Shown: positions 1 through 10,626, counted from the stretch's first letter. The stretch is 64,000 bases of DNA from Nibricoccus sp. (GCA_047602425.1 JASGHG010000001.1:2304001-2368000); one strand, 5' to 3'. A program made the numbers and translations. The notes: generated by a model not told the origin, from the letters alone.

Positions 1-1
1 C

Positions 2-2116
2 AATCGTGCTTGGGACAATGTTGCCAACAGTCAGGCCTGGCAGGGCTTCTGGACCGGTTCCGACGGCAGCGCGCAGCCGTTCAGGGACCGCAATCCGATG
101 TCGATCATCTACAGCGGACCGTCGTTGCTGAATGCCGCCTCGGCCCGCGGAGCCAATATCCCACGCATCATGGCTCCGATCGTATATCCGGACGCTAATA
201 TCCGCGTGTTCAACTCGCAATGGAATGCGCCCGGTTCGGTTTCGCCCACTGCTACCTATACCCCGCCGACCACCGGTTGGGAGAGCATTGCTATAAACCC
301 GACACACACTACGCCGAATATTTTCCAAGCATCGAATCCCGCGAATTACGTTGGCTGGAGCAGCTTCCCGATGCAATTGCAGCGCTATAACGACGGGGCC
401 AATCCGTACCTGCTCTCCAAAGCATCGCTTTCGAAGAGAACGGTGAAGTCCTACTCCACGATCTGGACGGGCTTTATGTGGAACGACGCGATTGTTCCCA
501 CGCTTGGCTGGCGTTATGACCGCGTGACCTCGCAGTTCGTGACCACCGCCTATAACACCGTCGCCGCGCACTCGAACTTTGCGACAACTGGATCCAGAGC
601 CTACGTCCTTCCGACCGGGCCGGTGCCTCTGAATGCCGATGGCACGAAAATGTTGGATTACTCGAATCAAAACTACCGCATCGATAACGGGCATTCGACT
701 TCGGGCGGCGTGGTGGTTCATTTGAACAAGCTGTTCACGCGCGATTTCCTGCCTCTCAACGTCAGCCTGACGTATAACAAGTCGCAGAATTTCCAAGTGA
801 CCGATCCACGAAACAACGTGTTCGGCAAACCGCTCGCGAATCCCGAAGGAAAAACGAAGGAATACGGACTCATGCTCTCGACGAAGGATCGCAAGTATTC
901 GTTGCGCATCATCAAATACGATTCCTACGTCAGCAACGCTACCATCTCCGGTTTCGACATGTCGGGCATTTCGAACATGCCGCAGCAGGGTATCCGATTC
1001 CGCAACGTATTCCTCTACCAGCTGTCGCCCGCTTATCTGTGGACCCAGCGCGAAACGCCGGCGGACCGCAACAACTGGCAAACGGCTTGGGTCGATAACA
1101 CGACGGGTCGACCGGTGGCAGCTGGTTCGGTAGCAACGGGTCCGGCCAATTCGCATCTGCAAACCGCCGCTGAAGCCACCGCTATGCGCGACGCCTCCAT
1201 TCGCGCTTGGAATCAAATCCAAGCGGATCTCCAAGCCAAAGGCTTCTGGAGCGCATGGGGTCTTAATCCCGTTCCGGTGTCTGCTTTGACAGATCGCGCC
1301 ACCTATGAGGCTGGCTTGGGCGCCGCCGTATTCGATCCCGCCGCTGGTCGTAATATTGCCGTTCAGACCAACGCCCAATATGCGGTGACGGACCCAAACA
1401 CCATTCAGGCATATCTGGCCACGACTCCGCAAAATCTATCGATCACTTCGGACACCCAATCGAAGGGTTATGAATACGAGTTTGTCGCGAATCCAACCAA
1501 GAATTGGCGCATCCAGATGAGCGCTTCCAAAACAGAGGCGACCCGTAGAAACGTGGGCGGTCCGGAAATTGACTCCTTGGTCACTTATTTCGATGGGCTG
1601 ATGACTGGCCCCGCTGGTGATATGCGCCAGTTCTCTGGTGGCTATTCCCCAACCAACGAAGTGCGCCAAAACTGGAACAACTGGCGCTCCAAATACACTG
1701 CCGCAAAGATCCAGGAAGGCTCAGGCGTCCCTGAAATCCGCAAATGGAGGTATGTCATCACAACGAACTATTCGTTCGATACAGGCTTCTTGAAGGGCGT
1801 CGGCGTTGGCACGAGCTACCGCTGGATGGATAAGGTCGTGATTGGCTATCCAACCTTGGTGATCGATGCCACGAAAGCGACCTACGACTTGTCCAAGCCG
1901 TACTACGGTCCTTCCGAAGACGGTCTGGACGCTTGGATCAGCTATGAACGCAAGCTGACTTCAAAACTTCGCTGGAAAGTACAGTTCAACGTTCGAAATA
2001 TCCTCTACAAAAATGGCCGAATTCCGATCACGGTTGAGCCAGACGGCCAGACTTGGGCCGGCGTTCGCATCAAGCCCACTCAGGAATGGTTCCTGACGAA
2101 TACGCTCATGTTCTGA
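2..2116 (+). CDS. TonB-dependent outer-membrane receptor, C-terminal part (gene starts upstream of the window)
   Basis: The frame is open from base 2. It has barrel-like strands (LGWRYD, KTKEYGLM, SKGYEYEFVANPTKNWRI, WKVQFNVRNIL) and a C-terminal Phe, and it lies at the head of a glycoside hydrolase cluster. Confidence 0.85.
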   Translation, partial: NRAWDNVANSQAWQGFWTGSDGSAQPFRDRNPMSIIYSGPSLLNAASARGANIPRIMAPIVYPDANIRVFNSQWNAPGSVSPTATYTPPTTGWESIAINPTHTTPNIFQASNPANYVGWSSFPMQLQRYNDGANPYLLSKASLSKRTVKSYSTIWTGFMWNDAIVPTLGWRYDRVTSQFVTTAYNTVAAHSNFATTGSRAYVLPTGPVPLNADGTKMLDYSNQNYRIDNGHSTSGGVVVHLNKLFTRDFLPLNVSLTYNKSQNFQVTDPRNNVFGKPLANPEGKTKEYGLMLSTKDRKYSLRIIKYDSYVSNATISGFDMSGISNMPQQGIRFRNVFLYQLSPAYLWTQRETPADRNNWQTAWVDNTTGRPVAAGSVATGPANSHLQTAAEATAMRDASIRAWNQIQADLQAKGFWSAWGLNPVPVSALTDRATYEAGLGAAVFDPAAGRNIAVQTNAQYAVTDPNTIQAYLATTPQNLSITSDTQSKGYEYEFVANPTKNWRIQMSASKTEATRRNVGGPEIDSLVTYFDGLMTGPAGDMRQFSGGYSPTNEVRQNWNNWRSKYTAAKIQEGSGVPEIRKWRYVITTNYSFDTGFLKGVGVGTSYRWMDKVVIGYPTLVIDATKATYDLSKPYYGPSEDGLDAWISYERKLTSKLRWKVQFNVRNILYKNGRIPITVEPDGQTWAGVRIKPTQEWFLTNTLMF

Positions 2117-2144
2117 TCGCCCTTTTGCTTTAGGGTGTGTGGTA

Positions 2145-2180
2145 TCAGGGCGTGGGCATGGCCCACGCCCTGACTGTTTT
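2145..2180 (+). terminator. Intrinsic terminator or stabilising hairpin after the TonB receptor
   Basis: Perfect 13-bp stem TCAGGGCGTGGGC-ATG-GCCCACGCCCTGA followed by CTGTTTT. Confidence 0.75.
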
Positions 2181-2290
2181 AGGAAGGTTATTTAGTTTGG
2201 TTATTTGGAAATTCACGTTCCCCGCCTTCCCAAGAACCTGATGGTGCAAATCTCCAAGCTGGAACCCTCCGTATCCGAATCTCCCCCGCC

Positions 2291-3970
2291 ATGAAACCTG
2301 CTAATCTGATTCTCTTTTTATTGGCCGCGACCGCTTCTGTTCTCGGTGCGGCTGAGCTGCCGCAGCTGCGTAAGCAGGGCACGGCCACACAGCTTATCGT
2401 GGACGGTCAGCCCTTTCTCATGCTCGGCGGCGAACTCGACAACTCCTCCGGCGAACCGGCCTACTTGCGCCGTTCCTGGCCGAAGTTGAAGGCGCTGAAT
2501 ATGAACACGGTGGTGGCGCCCGTTTACTGGCACGTGATCGAGCCGGTCGAGGGTAAATACGATTTTTCGACGGTCGATGGCCTCATCGCCGATGCACGGG
2601 CGAATGGCATGCGGCTTGTACTTCTGTGGTTTGGTTCGTGGAAAAACAGCATGTCGTGCTATGCTCCCGATTGGGTGAAGCGCGATACCGCGCGTTTTCC
2701 GCGGAGCGTGTCCGCCGAAGGCACGACGATGGAAATCATGTCGCCCTTTAGTTCCGCGAACCGCGATGCCGACGTCCGTGTATTTGCCGCTTTGATGAAA
2801 CATCTCCGCGAGACCGACACAGCGCATACCGTGGTGATGGTTCAGGTCGAAAATGAAATCGGCATGATTCCCGACGCGCGTGATCACAGCGCGGAAGCGG
2901 ACCGTCTTTTCGCCGGGTCAGTGCCGACGGCGCTGATGGAATATCTGTCGAAGCATACGACCGAACTTGCCCCTGAGTTGCGCGCAGTTTGGCAAGGAGC
3001 CGGTTCGAAAACCAAGGGCACGTGGTCGGAGGTTTTTGGTACGGAAGCCGCCGCTGAGGAGATTTTCATGGCATGGCATTTTGCGCTCTACACCCACGCG
3101 GTCGCGGCGGCGGGCAAAGCCGAACTGGCGCTGCCAATGTACACGAACGCGGCGCTGATTCGCCCCGGGTATCAGCCGGGCCAATACCCCAGCGCGGGTC
3201 CATTGCCGCACTTGCTGGATGTTTGGCGCGCTGGAGCGCCGGCATTGGATTTTATTTCGCCGGACATTTATTTCGCGGGAAAATTCGCCGAATGGTGCAA
3301 GCTCTACACGCGCGGCGGCAACCCGATTTTCATCCCTGAAACGCTTCGCAGTCCGGAAGCCTCGGTTAATGTACTATACGCCTTCGGCGCACACGATGCG
3401 ATGGGTTTTTCGCCTTACGCAATCGAAGCGATTTCCGAGCCGGGCGAAGGTTTGCTAACCAAGAGTTATGCTTTGGTTGCGCAGCTTGCGCCATTGCTTG
3501 CATCTGTACAGGGAAAGGGCCAGACGGCTGGCTTCCTGCAGGAAAGCGTCGAGAGCAAACAACCGCAGCAGGTTCCCCTCGGCGGCTGGACTATCAACGC
3601 CACGTTTGAGCGCACGACAGGTTCCGCTCTGGCCGACGGGCTTTCCATCGCGGTGGGCACGGAAAATACAATGATGTCCGTATCGGGCGGCGCAGGTCGC
3701 CCGGCGATTACTCTGCCCTCTGGCGGACTCGCGATTTCACTCGGCAACGACGAATTCATTTTTGCAGGTACCGGGCTGGTCCTGACCTTCTCCGCAAAGG
3801 AGGCGGGCATGCAGGCGGGCCTCTTGAGCGTCGAGGAAGGACGTTTTGTCGATGGCAAATGGGAGCATATTCGTTGGCTCAATGGCGATCAGACGCATCA
3901 AGGCCGTCATGTGCGCCTTGAGTCCGGTCGATTCACTATCCAGCGGGTGAAGCTATATCGCTATCGATAG
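2291..3970 (+). CDS. Exported GH35-like beta-galactosidase family protein with DUF5597-type C-terminus
   Basis: Signal peptide; LIVDGQPFLMLGGEL, WFGSWKN, MVQVENE (acid/base Glu), YPSAGP, PDIY and LNGDQTHQG motifs. Confidence 0.75.
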   Translation: MKPANLILFLLAATASVLGAAELPQLRKQGTATQLIVDGQPFLMLGGELDNSSGEPAYLRRSWPKLKALNMNTVVAPVYWHVIEPVEGKYDFSTVDGLIADARANGMRLVLLWFGSWKNSMSCYAPDWVKRDTARFPRSVSAEGTTMEIMSPFSSANRDADVRVFAALMKHLRETDTAHTVVMVQVENEIGMIPDARDHSAEADRLFAGSVPTALMEYLSKHTTELAPELRAVWQGAGSKTKGTWSEVFGTEAAAEEIFMAWHFALYTHAVAAAGKAELALPMYTNAALIRPGYQPGQYPSAGPLPHLLDVWRAGAPALDFISPDIYFAGKFAEWCKLYTRGGNPIFIPETLRSPEASVNVLYAFGAHDAMGFSPYAIEAISEPGEGLLTKSYALVAQLAPLLASVQGKGQTAGFLQESVESKQPQQVPLGGWTINATFERTTGSALADGLSIAVGTENTMMSVSGGAGRPAITLPSGGLAISLGNDEFIFAGTGLVLTFSAKEAGMQAGLLSVEEGRFVDGKWEHIRWLNGDQTHQGRHVRLESGRFTIQRVKLYRYR

Positions 3971-4009
3971 GCGGAATTTTTCAACAACCAACAAGCAACT
4001 CTAAATTGC

Positions 4010-5581
4010 ATGAAAGCATCGATGCCATGGCTGCTGCTTGCCTGGACGCTTTGTGTCGTGCAGGCAAATGCCTGGCAATCCGACCTAGGCGACGGGACTT
4101 ATGCGAATCCGCCGCTCTATGCCGACTATCCGGACCCAGATATCATCCGGGTGGGGGAGAATTTTTATTTTGCAACCACCACCTTTGCCAACACGCCTGG
4201 CCTCACGATTCTGCAATCGCAGGATTTGGTGAACTGGAAAATAGTTTCTCACGTCATTCCCCGTCTGGACGGGCGCGAACAATACGATCTGAAAAACGGC
4301 ACGGCCTACCGGCAGGGTGTTTTTGCACCTAGCCTTCGGTTCCACAAAGGCACTTTTTATATCGCGGTGACTCCGGTTAACCAGAACACCCGTATCTACT
4401 ACGCAAAAAGCATCACCGGCCCCTGGCAGTTTCACGAACTGGACACACCCGCGTTCGACCCGGGATTGCACATCGAGGACGACGGGACGGCCTACATCGC
4501 GACCTCGGGCGGCTGGGATGGACATGTGACATTGCTCACCTTGAGCCGCGACTTTTCGAAGGTCGTCGCTGCCCGGGAAATTTTTTATTACAAAGGCGTC
4601 GAGGGTTCGAAAATCGTCAAACGCGGCGACTGGTATTACGTCTTCAACGCACTGCCTTCCAAGCTCGCTTTGACCTGCTCGCGCGCGAGATCGTTATTTG
4701 GCCCCTACGAAACCATCGTATCGCTCGACGACACCCGGGGTGGGCATCAGGGCGCCATCGTCGATCTCCCCGATGGCAGTTGGTACGGCTTTATCATGCG
4801 CGATTGCGGTGCCGTTGGACGAATGACGAATTTATGTCCGATTTTTTGGAAAGACGACTGGCCGGTTTGGGGCACGCCCGACGAGCCCGGCCGCGTTCCT
4901 GCGACGGCGCGCAAGCCGATTCAAGGGAAGCCAATTTGCCAGCCGCCGACTTCCGACGATTTCGAATCCCCAACGCTCGGACTTCAATGGCAGTGGAATC
5001 ACAATCCCGACGACACCCGCTGGTCGCTTACCGAACGCCGCGGCTGGCTGAGGCTGCGGGCAACGGTTGCTAAAGATTTCTGGCGCGCGCGCAACACGCT
5101 GACCCAAAAAGGACAGGGGCCCGCGAGCCGGGGTGAAGTGAAGTTCGACCTCCGCGGACTAAAATCTGGCGATATTTGCGGGTTCGGTACGCTGGGGAAG
5201 ATTAACGGGCACATTGCGGCTCGTGTCGCGACCGACGGGTCGGTTACGCTTGAGATGAACGTCATCGTCGACGGCGGCGCGTCAGAAAACCGCGTTGTCG
5301 CGAAGCCAATCGCTCGGGAGGATCTTTATCTGCGCACGTCATTGGATTTTTTGCGCAACAAAGGCAGCTGCGCCTACAGCCTCGATGGGAAGCAATGGAC
5401 GGAGCTTGGAGGTGAATTCGACCTGGCTTTCGACTGGCGCACAGGAACCTTCCAGGGCGAGCAGTTTGCAATTTACTGTTACAACCCGGAACCGGGAGGC
5501 GGCGTTGTTGATGTTGATTGGTTTAAGTTCAACGATTCACCGCCGGTGAAGGACACGGAAAAAACAAAGGGAGACCAATGA
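4010..5581 (+). CDS. GH43 beta-xylosidase/arabinofuranosidase with C-terminal beta-sandwich
   Basis: Signal peptide; DYPDPDIIRVG, AFDPG, EGS and HQG propeller motifs; SDDF..LGLQWQWNHNP C-terminal domain. Confidence 0.88.
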   Translation: MKASMPWLLLAWTLCVVQANAWQSDLGDGTYANPPLYADYPDPDIIRVGENFYFATTTFANTPGLTILQSQDLVNWKIVSHVIPRLDGREQYDLKNGTAYRQGVFAPSLRFHKGTFYIAVTPVNQNTRIYYAKSITGPWQFHELDTPAFDPGLHIEDDGTAYIATSGGWDGHVTLLTLSRDFSKVVAAREIFYYKGVEGSKIVKRGDWYYVFNALPSKLALTCSRARSLFGPYETIVSLDDTRGGHQGAIVDLPDGSWYGFIMRDCGAVGRMTNLCPIFWKDDWPVWGTPDEPGRVPATARKPIQGKPICQPPTSDDFESPTLGLQWQWNHNPDDTRWSLTERRGWLRLRATVAKDFWRARNTLTQKGQGPASRGEVKFDLRGLKSGDICGFGTLGKINGHIAARVATDGSVTLEMNVIVDGGASENRVVAKPIAREDLYLRTSLDFLRNKGSCAYSLDGKQWTELGGEFDLAFDWRTGTFQGEQFAIYCYNPEPGGGVVDVDWFKFNDSPPVKDTEKTKGDQ

Positions 5582-5582
5582 T

Positions 5583-7676
5583 ATGAACACTTTACTTCGC
5601 AGCCTTTTTGTCTGCGCGGTGACGGTTTGGCTCGGAACTATTGGCCATGCCGGCATCACCGTGCAGCAGAATATTGGTGCCGGCGCCAGCAGTTGGCCGG
5701 GCACACCGCTTGTCAGCACGACGAGCATCGTCAATACACAGTCTTCGGTGGCGGAAAGCTTCTCGGCGCCAGCGTCCAGTTACGGACAGACGTTCACGAT
5801 GCCCGCCGGCAGCAACTATACGCTACAGACAATTTATCTTTACGCTGGAGGCGGTGGGGGCACGAGCGGTGCAGCTCCGGTCACCGTCAACCTATTCGAC
5901 CTGGGTGCGATCGCGGCTCCGAACCCCAGCCCGTATTCGGCGAACGCCAATCTGCTGGGCGCGGGAAATGGCGCCTCGATCACCTATGTCACCCAAGTGG
6001 CTGGCTTGCTGCGGCTCGATTTCACCGGGGACGATCAGGTGACGCTCGCTGCGGGCCACATGTACGTGCTCGAAATTTCAGGCGTGAGTGGCACGAATCC
6101 CATCGGCTGGTACCGAACCACGACCGACACCTATCTCGGCGGGGCGGGGTACCGAAACCGGAGCTGGATCAACGGGTCGAATGCCCGCGATTTTTCCATG
6201 GCGGTCTACGGCATTGTTACAACGAACCAACCAGAACCGACAAGCTGCACGGTGAACGCGGCTTCGACGAAACAACGGATCGACGGCTTCGGCGCCGGCG
6301 TGGTTTTTCTTAACAATGGCATCACCAACCTCACCGATGCGCAGATGGATCAACTCTACGGCCGATCGGGCACGCAGGCCGGGCTGACCTTGCTCCGCGT
6401 GCGCATTTCGCCCACCGGCGACAACACCTACAATCTCCTCGACGCACAGAAAGCTCATGCCCGCGGCGCGAAAATCCTCGCCACGCCTTGGACGCCTCCT
6501 GCGGCGATGAAGGACAACAATGCTTTGATTCATGGTTCGTTGTTGCCCTCGCAGTACAGCGCTTACGTTGCATACCTAAACGACTACGTGAACTACATGG
6601 CGACCAATGGCGTTCCCATCGCCGTGATCTCGCTTCAGAACGAGCCCGATTGGGACCCGGACTACGAGGGCTGTAAATGGACGGCGGAGCAGTTTCGCGT
6701 TTTCTGCCGCGATTACGCAGGTTCGATCTCAGTACCGGTAATGATGCCGGAATCTCTAAACTTTAACCAGGCTCTCTCCGACCCGACGCTGAGCGATCCA
6801 GTGGCGCTGGGTAACATCGATTATATTGGCGGGCATCTCTATGGAGCTTTGATCAAAGACTATCCCATGGCGCGCACGCTCAATCTTCCCCTGTGGATGA
6901 CGGAGTATTTGGAAAACGATCAAACCATTGAATCCGCCGTCACGACGGGACGTCAGATCATCGATTGCCTCACCACGGGCTACATGAGTGCTTATATCTG
7001 GTGGAAGTGCATTGGCGATGCCAATGGGTTGTTGAACAATGCCGGCGTCCCACAGCGTCGTAGCTACGTCGTGGCGCAGTTCAGTCGTTTTGCGCGGCCA
7101 GGCGATTATCGCGTCGACGTGACAGGCAACACCAGTCCGATGGGTGTGACCGCGTTCAGGGATTTGAGCAGCGATCGTTTCTCAATCGTCGTGGCCAACA
7201 ACACCACGATCGCCGTCAATCACACGTTCAATCTCCAAGGAATAACGCTTTCGTCGGTGACGCCTTTCGTCACGTCGAGCACGCAATCACTCGAAGCGCA
7301 AACACCGGTCGCGGTCAGCAGCGGTGCGTTTACATACGCAGTTCCGCCGAACGCTGTCGTCACGTTTGCGAGCGGGTCGAGCAGTTCGAGTTCTTCCAGT
7401 AGCTCGTCATCGTCGTCGTCAAGCAGTTCGTCCTCGAGTAGTAGCTCTTCGTCTTCATCCAGCAGTTCGTCCTCAAGCAGCAGTTCCAGTTCGTCGTCTT
7501 CCAGCAGTGGCGGCGCTCCATCGCCTCAGCCTCCATCCAGCGGCGGAGGTGGGGGTGGTGGCGCAAATACGCCGTGGCATGTGGGGTTGTTCGGTGTTTT
7601 ATATGCCGTCCGTACTTGGCAGAAGCGCGCTGTGCGCCAATCAATATCAATGTCTTCAAAAACCTCTTCGCGATGA
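5583..7676 (+). CDS. GH30 (glucuronoxylanase XynC-like) enzyme with an N-terminal accessory domain, 44-Ser linker and GlyGly-hydrophobic-basic tail
   Basis: QRIDGFG, ATPWTPPAAMK, QNEPD (acid/base), GHLYG, WMTEY (nucleophile), AYIWW and QFSRFARPG motifs. Confidence 0.88.
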   Translation: MNTLLRSLFVCAVTVWLGTIGHAGITVQQNIGAGASSWPGTPLVSTTSIVNTQSSVAESFSAPASSYGQTFTMPAGSNYTLQTIYLYAGGGGGTSGAAPVTVNLFDLGAIAAPNPSPYSANANLLGAGNGASITYVTQVAGLLRLDFTGDDQVTLAAGHMYVLEISGVSGTNPIGWYRTTTDTYLGGAGYRNRSWINGSNARDFSMAVYGIVTTNQPEPTSCTVNAASTKQRIDGFGAGVVFLNNGITNLTDAQMDQLYGRSGTQAGLTLLRVRISPTGDNTYNLLDAQKAHARGAKILATPWTPPAAMKDNNALIHGSLLPSQYSAYVAYLNDYVNYMATNGVPIAVISLQNEPDWDPDYEGCKWTAEQFRVFCRDYAGSISVPVMMPESLNFNQALSDPTLSDPVALGNIDYIGGHLYGALIKDYPMARTLNLPLWMTEYLENDQTIESAVTTGRQIIDCLTTGYMSAYIWWKCIGDANGLLNNAGVPQRRSYVVAQFSRFARPGDYRVDVTGNTSPMGVTAFRDLSSDRFSIVVANNTTIAVNHTFNLQGITLSSVTPFVTSSTQSLEAQTPVAVSSGAFTYAVPPNAVVTFASGSSSSSSSSSSSSSSSSSSSSSSSSSSSSSSSSSSSSSSSSSSSSGGAPSPQPPSSGGGGGGGANTPWHVGLFGVLYAVRTWQKRAVRQSISMSSKTSSR
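7377..7508 (+). repeat. Poly-serine coding tract (44 consecutive Ser codons)
   Basis: 132 nt of mixed TCN/AGY codons in frame within the GH30 gene. Confidence 0.95.
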
Positions 7677-10579
7677 TCTCAAAATATTGTCTCAGTCGGA
7701 ATTTCTTGCATCGCGCATTAGTGCTGGCGTTCTGGTTGCACGGGATCGCTGTGCACGCATCTTTGGGAGACGCTCCGCTCGTCACCTTCGCAGCGGAGAA
7801 AGGGGTCTTTGCGCTCGTCGAAAATAAGTCGGTCACACCACTTGTCGTAGCCGATACCGATTGGCCCGGAGTGAAACGGGCGGTGGGTAATTTGCAGGCG
7901 GATTTCGAGCGTGTAGGCGGAGTAAAACCATTGATCCAAGCGAACGTCACCTCCACGCAAAAAACCGCCGTATTCATCGGTACACTGGGCCGGAGCGCTT
8001 TGATCGACGAACTGGTTCGTACCGGCAAGATCGACGTGTCGCCCATCGCGGGACGTTGGGAAGCTTTCCTTCTTCAAGTCGTGGAGAAACCGATGGTCGG
8101 CGTCGATCGGGCGCTCGTGATCGCTGGCAGCGACAAGCGCGGCACGATCTACGGAGTTTACGAACTCTCCGAGCAAATCGGCGTTTCTCCGTGGTATTGG
8201 TGGGCCGATGTTCCGGTCACGCATCGCGACACGGTATTCATAAAACCATTACGCCACGTCGAAACAGGCCCGGCTGTGAGGTATCGCGGCATTTTTCTCA
8301 ATGACGAGGCGCCCGCTCTCACCGGCTGGGCCAAGGAAAAATTTGGCGGGCTCAACCGCGAATTCTATACAAAAGTCTTCGAACTGCTCCTGCGTTTACG
8401 GGCCAATTATCTCTGGCCTGCGATGTGGAACAACGCATTTAACGAGGACGATCCCGAAAATGCACATCTCGCGGACGAGTATGGCATCGTGATGGGTACC
8501 TCGCATCACGAACCAATGATTCGTGCCCAACAAGAATGGAAACGTCATGGAACCGGCCCGTGGAACTACAAGACCAACGGCGAAGTCTTGCGAAATTTTT
8601 GGGCCGAGGGTGTGCGTCGCAACCGCAACTTCGAAAGTCTCGTCACCATCGGCATGCGGGGCGACGGCGATGAGCCAATGAGCGAAGAGGCCAACGTCGC
8701 GTTGCTCGAAGGCATCGTGGCCGATCAGCGCACGATCCTGGCTCGCGAGGTAAATCCCGACATCACGAAAGTCCCGCAGCTTTGGGCGCTCTACAAGGAA
8801 GTGCAGGAATACTACGAACGCGGCATGCGTGTCCCCGACGACGTTACCCTGCTGTGGTGTGACGACAACTGGGGCAACATCCGCCGCCTCCCTACGCCCG
8901 AGGAACGCAAACGTTCGGGCGGAGCCGGCGTGTATTACCATTTCGATTACGTCGGTGGCCCGCGCTCTTACAAGTGGCTCAACACCGTCACGCTCTCCAA
9001 AACCTGGGAGCAGATGAATCTCGCCTGGCGCTATGGGGCCGATCGCATCTGGATTGTCAACGTCGGCGATCTCAAACCGCTGGAGTTTCCCATCGAATTT
9101 TTCATCCGGCTCGCGTGGGCTCCCGGCAAATGGCCGCACGAGCGTCTGGCCGAATTTGGCCGGCTGTGGGCTGCGCGGGAATTTGGGCCCGAATACGCCG
9201 GTGAAATTGCCGAACTTATTGCTAGATACACGAAGTTTAACGGCCGCCGAAAGCCCGAACTGCTCTCGCCTGAAACGTTCAGTCTCGTCAACTACGATGA
9301 GGCTGAGCGGATGCTTGGCGATTGGGAGCAGTTGCGAGACCGGGCGGATGCCATTGCGGCGGAGCTGCCCGTTTCTGCCCGTGATGCCTATTTCCAACTC
9401 GTCCTTTGGCCGATCAAGGCCTGCGCCAATCTAAACGAGATGTACGTCGCCGCCGCGCGAAATAAGCTCTATGCCGCGCAGGCCCGTGCCTCGACCAACT
9501 TTTGGGCCGAACGAACGCGCGAACTGTTCCGCGCTGACGCCGCCTTGACGCGCGCTTACAACGACGAACTTGCCAGCGGAAAATGGCGTCACTTTGCCGA
9601 TCAAACTCATATTGGCTACGCCGGCTGGTTTCAGCCTGAGCTTAACACAATGCCTGCCGTGGCGGAGGTGCAGATTTCGAACTTGCCGGACCTTGGGGTC
9701 GCGGTCGAGAGCCGCGCATCCGCATCGCCCAACAGCGACTACCCTCCACGCCCTCTTGTGCTGCCACCGCTCGCACCGTTCGGCGCTCCCAGCCGCTGGA
9801 TCGAAATTTTCAACCGCGGCGGCGCGCCATTCAAGTTCTCCGCAATATCGGATCAACCCTGGCTGCGCGTGCATCCTGCCGACGGCTTGCTCGAGCAAGA
9901 CCAACGGCTCACCGTCAGCGTGGACTGGCCCGCCGTCCCAAACCATGAGAAACATGCAACCATTACCATCGCCGGCGCCGGGCGAAAGATCAAGGTGGAC
10001 GTGCCGCTTGACCGCCGCCTTTCGTCCCCGCCTGCGAACATGTTTCTCGAAGACGACGGCGTAGTCGCCATCGAAGCTGTCCACTATCAACGTGCGGTCG
10101 CCGCGCCGGGCCTGAAGTGGGTGGCGCTCGCCGACCACGGGCACTCCCTTGGCGGCATAACGATTTTTCCCGTGACGGCTCCCTCGCAGAAACTGAACGC
10201 GCAGTCTCCACATCTTGAATACGACGTGGTCCTCGCCGCTGGTGGCGACGTGAAAGTCGAGGCCGTGCTTTCGCCGACTTTACCCTTTACCCCTGGCCGG
10301 GGACTGCGTTTTGCGATTTCTTTTGACGATGCCGCACCTCAGGAAATCGAGATCCATGGCGATGGCGGCGACGGTAAAGCCGAGTGGGAAAAAATCGTCG
10401 CCGACGGTGTCCGCAAAATCACCACCTCGCATAAAATTTCTGCCCCCGGCGCGCACGTGCTCAAATTCTGGCTGATCGATCCCGCTGTCGTGTTGCAACG
10501 CCTCGTAATCGATTGCGGCGCCCTCCGCCCGAGCTATCTCGGCCCCCCGGAAAGCCGTCGGCTCGAACCCAGCAAATGA
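7673..10579 (+). CDS. GH115 alpha-glucuronidase
   Basis: GSDKRGTIYG, GVSPWYWWAD, YRGIFLNDE, NYLWPAMW, GTSHHEPM, GMRGDGD, DDNWG, WIVNVGDLKP and SYLGPPES motifs. Start placed at ATG 7673, which overlaps the upstream stop (ATGA), rather than 7574. Confidence 0.92.
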   Translation: MISKYCLSRNFLHRALVLAFWLHGIAVHASLGDAPLVTFAAEKGVFALVENKSVTPLVVADTDWPGVKRAVGNLQADFERVGGVKPLIQANVTSTQKTAVFIGTLGRSALIDELVRTGKIDVSPIAGRWEAFLLQVVEKPMVGVDRALVIAGSDKRGTIYGVYELSEQIGVSPWYWWADVPVTHRDTVFIKPLRHVETGPAVRYRGIFLNDEAPALTGWAKEKFGGLNREFYTKVFELLLRLRANYLWPAMWNNAFNEDDPENAHLADEYGIVMGTSHHEPMIRAQQEWKRHGTGPWNYKTNGEVLRNFWAEGVRRNRNFESLVTIGMRGDGDEPMSEEANVALLEGIVADQRTILAREVNPDITKVPQLWALYKEVQEYYERGMRVPDDVTLLWCDDNWGNIRRLPTPEERKRSGGAGVYYHFDYVGGPRSYKWLNTVTLSKTWEQMNLAWRYGADRIWIVNVGDLKPLEFPIEFFIRLAWAPGKWPHERLAEFGRLWAAREFGPEYAGEIAELIARYTKFNGRRKPELLSPETFSLVNYDEAERMLGDWEQLRDRADAIAAELPVSARDAYFQLVLWPIKACANLNEMYVAAARNKLYAAQARASTNFWAERTRELFRADAALTRAYNDELASGKWRHFADQTHIGYAGWFQPELNTMPAVAEVQISNLPDLGVAVESRASASPNSDYPPRPLVLPPLAPFGAPSRWIEIFNRGGAPFKFSAISDQPWLRVHPADGLLEQDQRLTVSVDWPAVPNHEKHATITIAGAGRKIKVDVPLDRRLSSPPANMFLEDDGVVAIEAVHYQRAVAAPGLKWVALADHGHSLGGITIFPVTAPSQKLNAQSPHLEYDVVLAAGGDVKVEAVLSPTLPFTPGRGLRFAISFDDAAPQEIEIHGDGGDGKAEWEKIVADGVRKITTSHKISAPGAHVLKFWLIDPAVVLQRLVIDCGALRPSYLGPPESRRLEPSK

Positions 10580-10626
10580 TCCAACCCTCATTGCTGAATG
10601 ACGAAAAACTAAATAGACCCTGCAAA

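Noticed and set aside
7377..7508. Microsatellite or phase-variation tract
   Set aside because: The codons are heterogeneous and in frame; it is a protein-level Ser linker.
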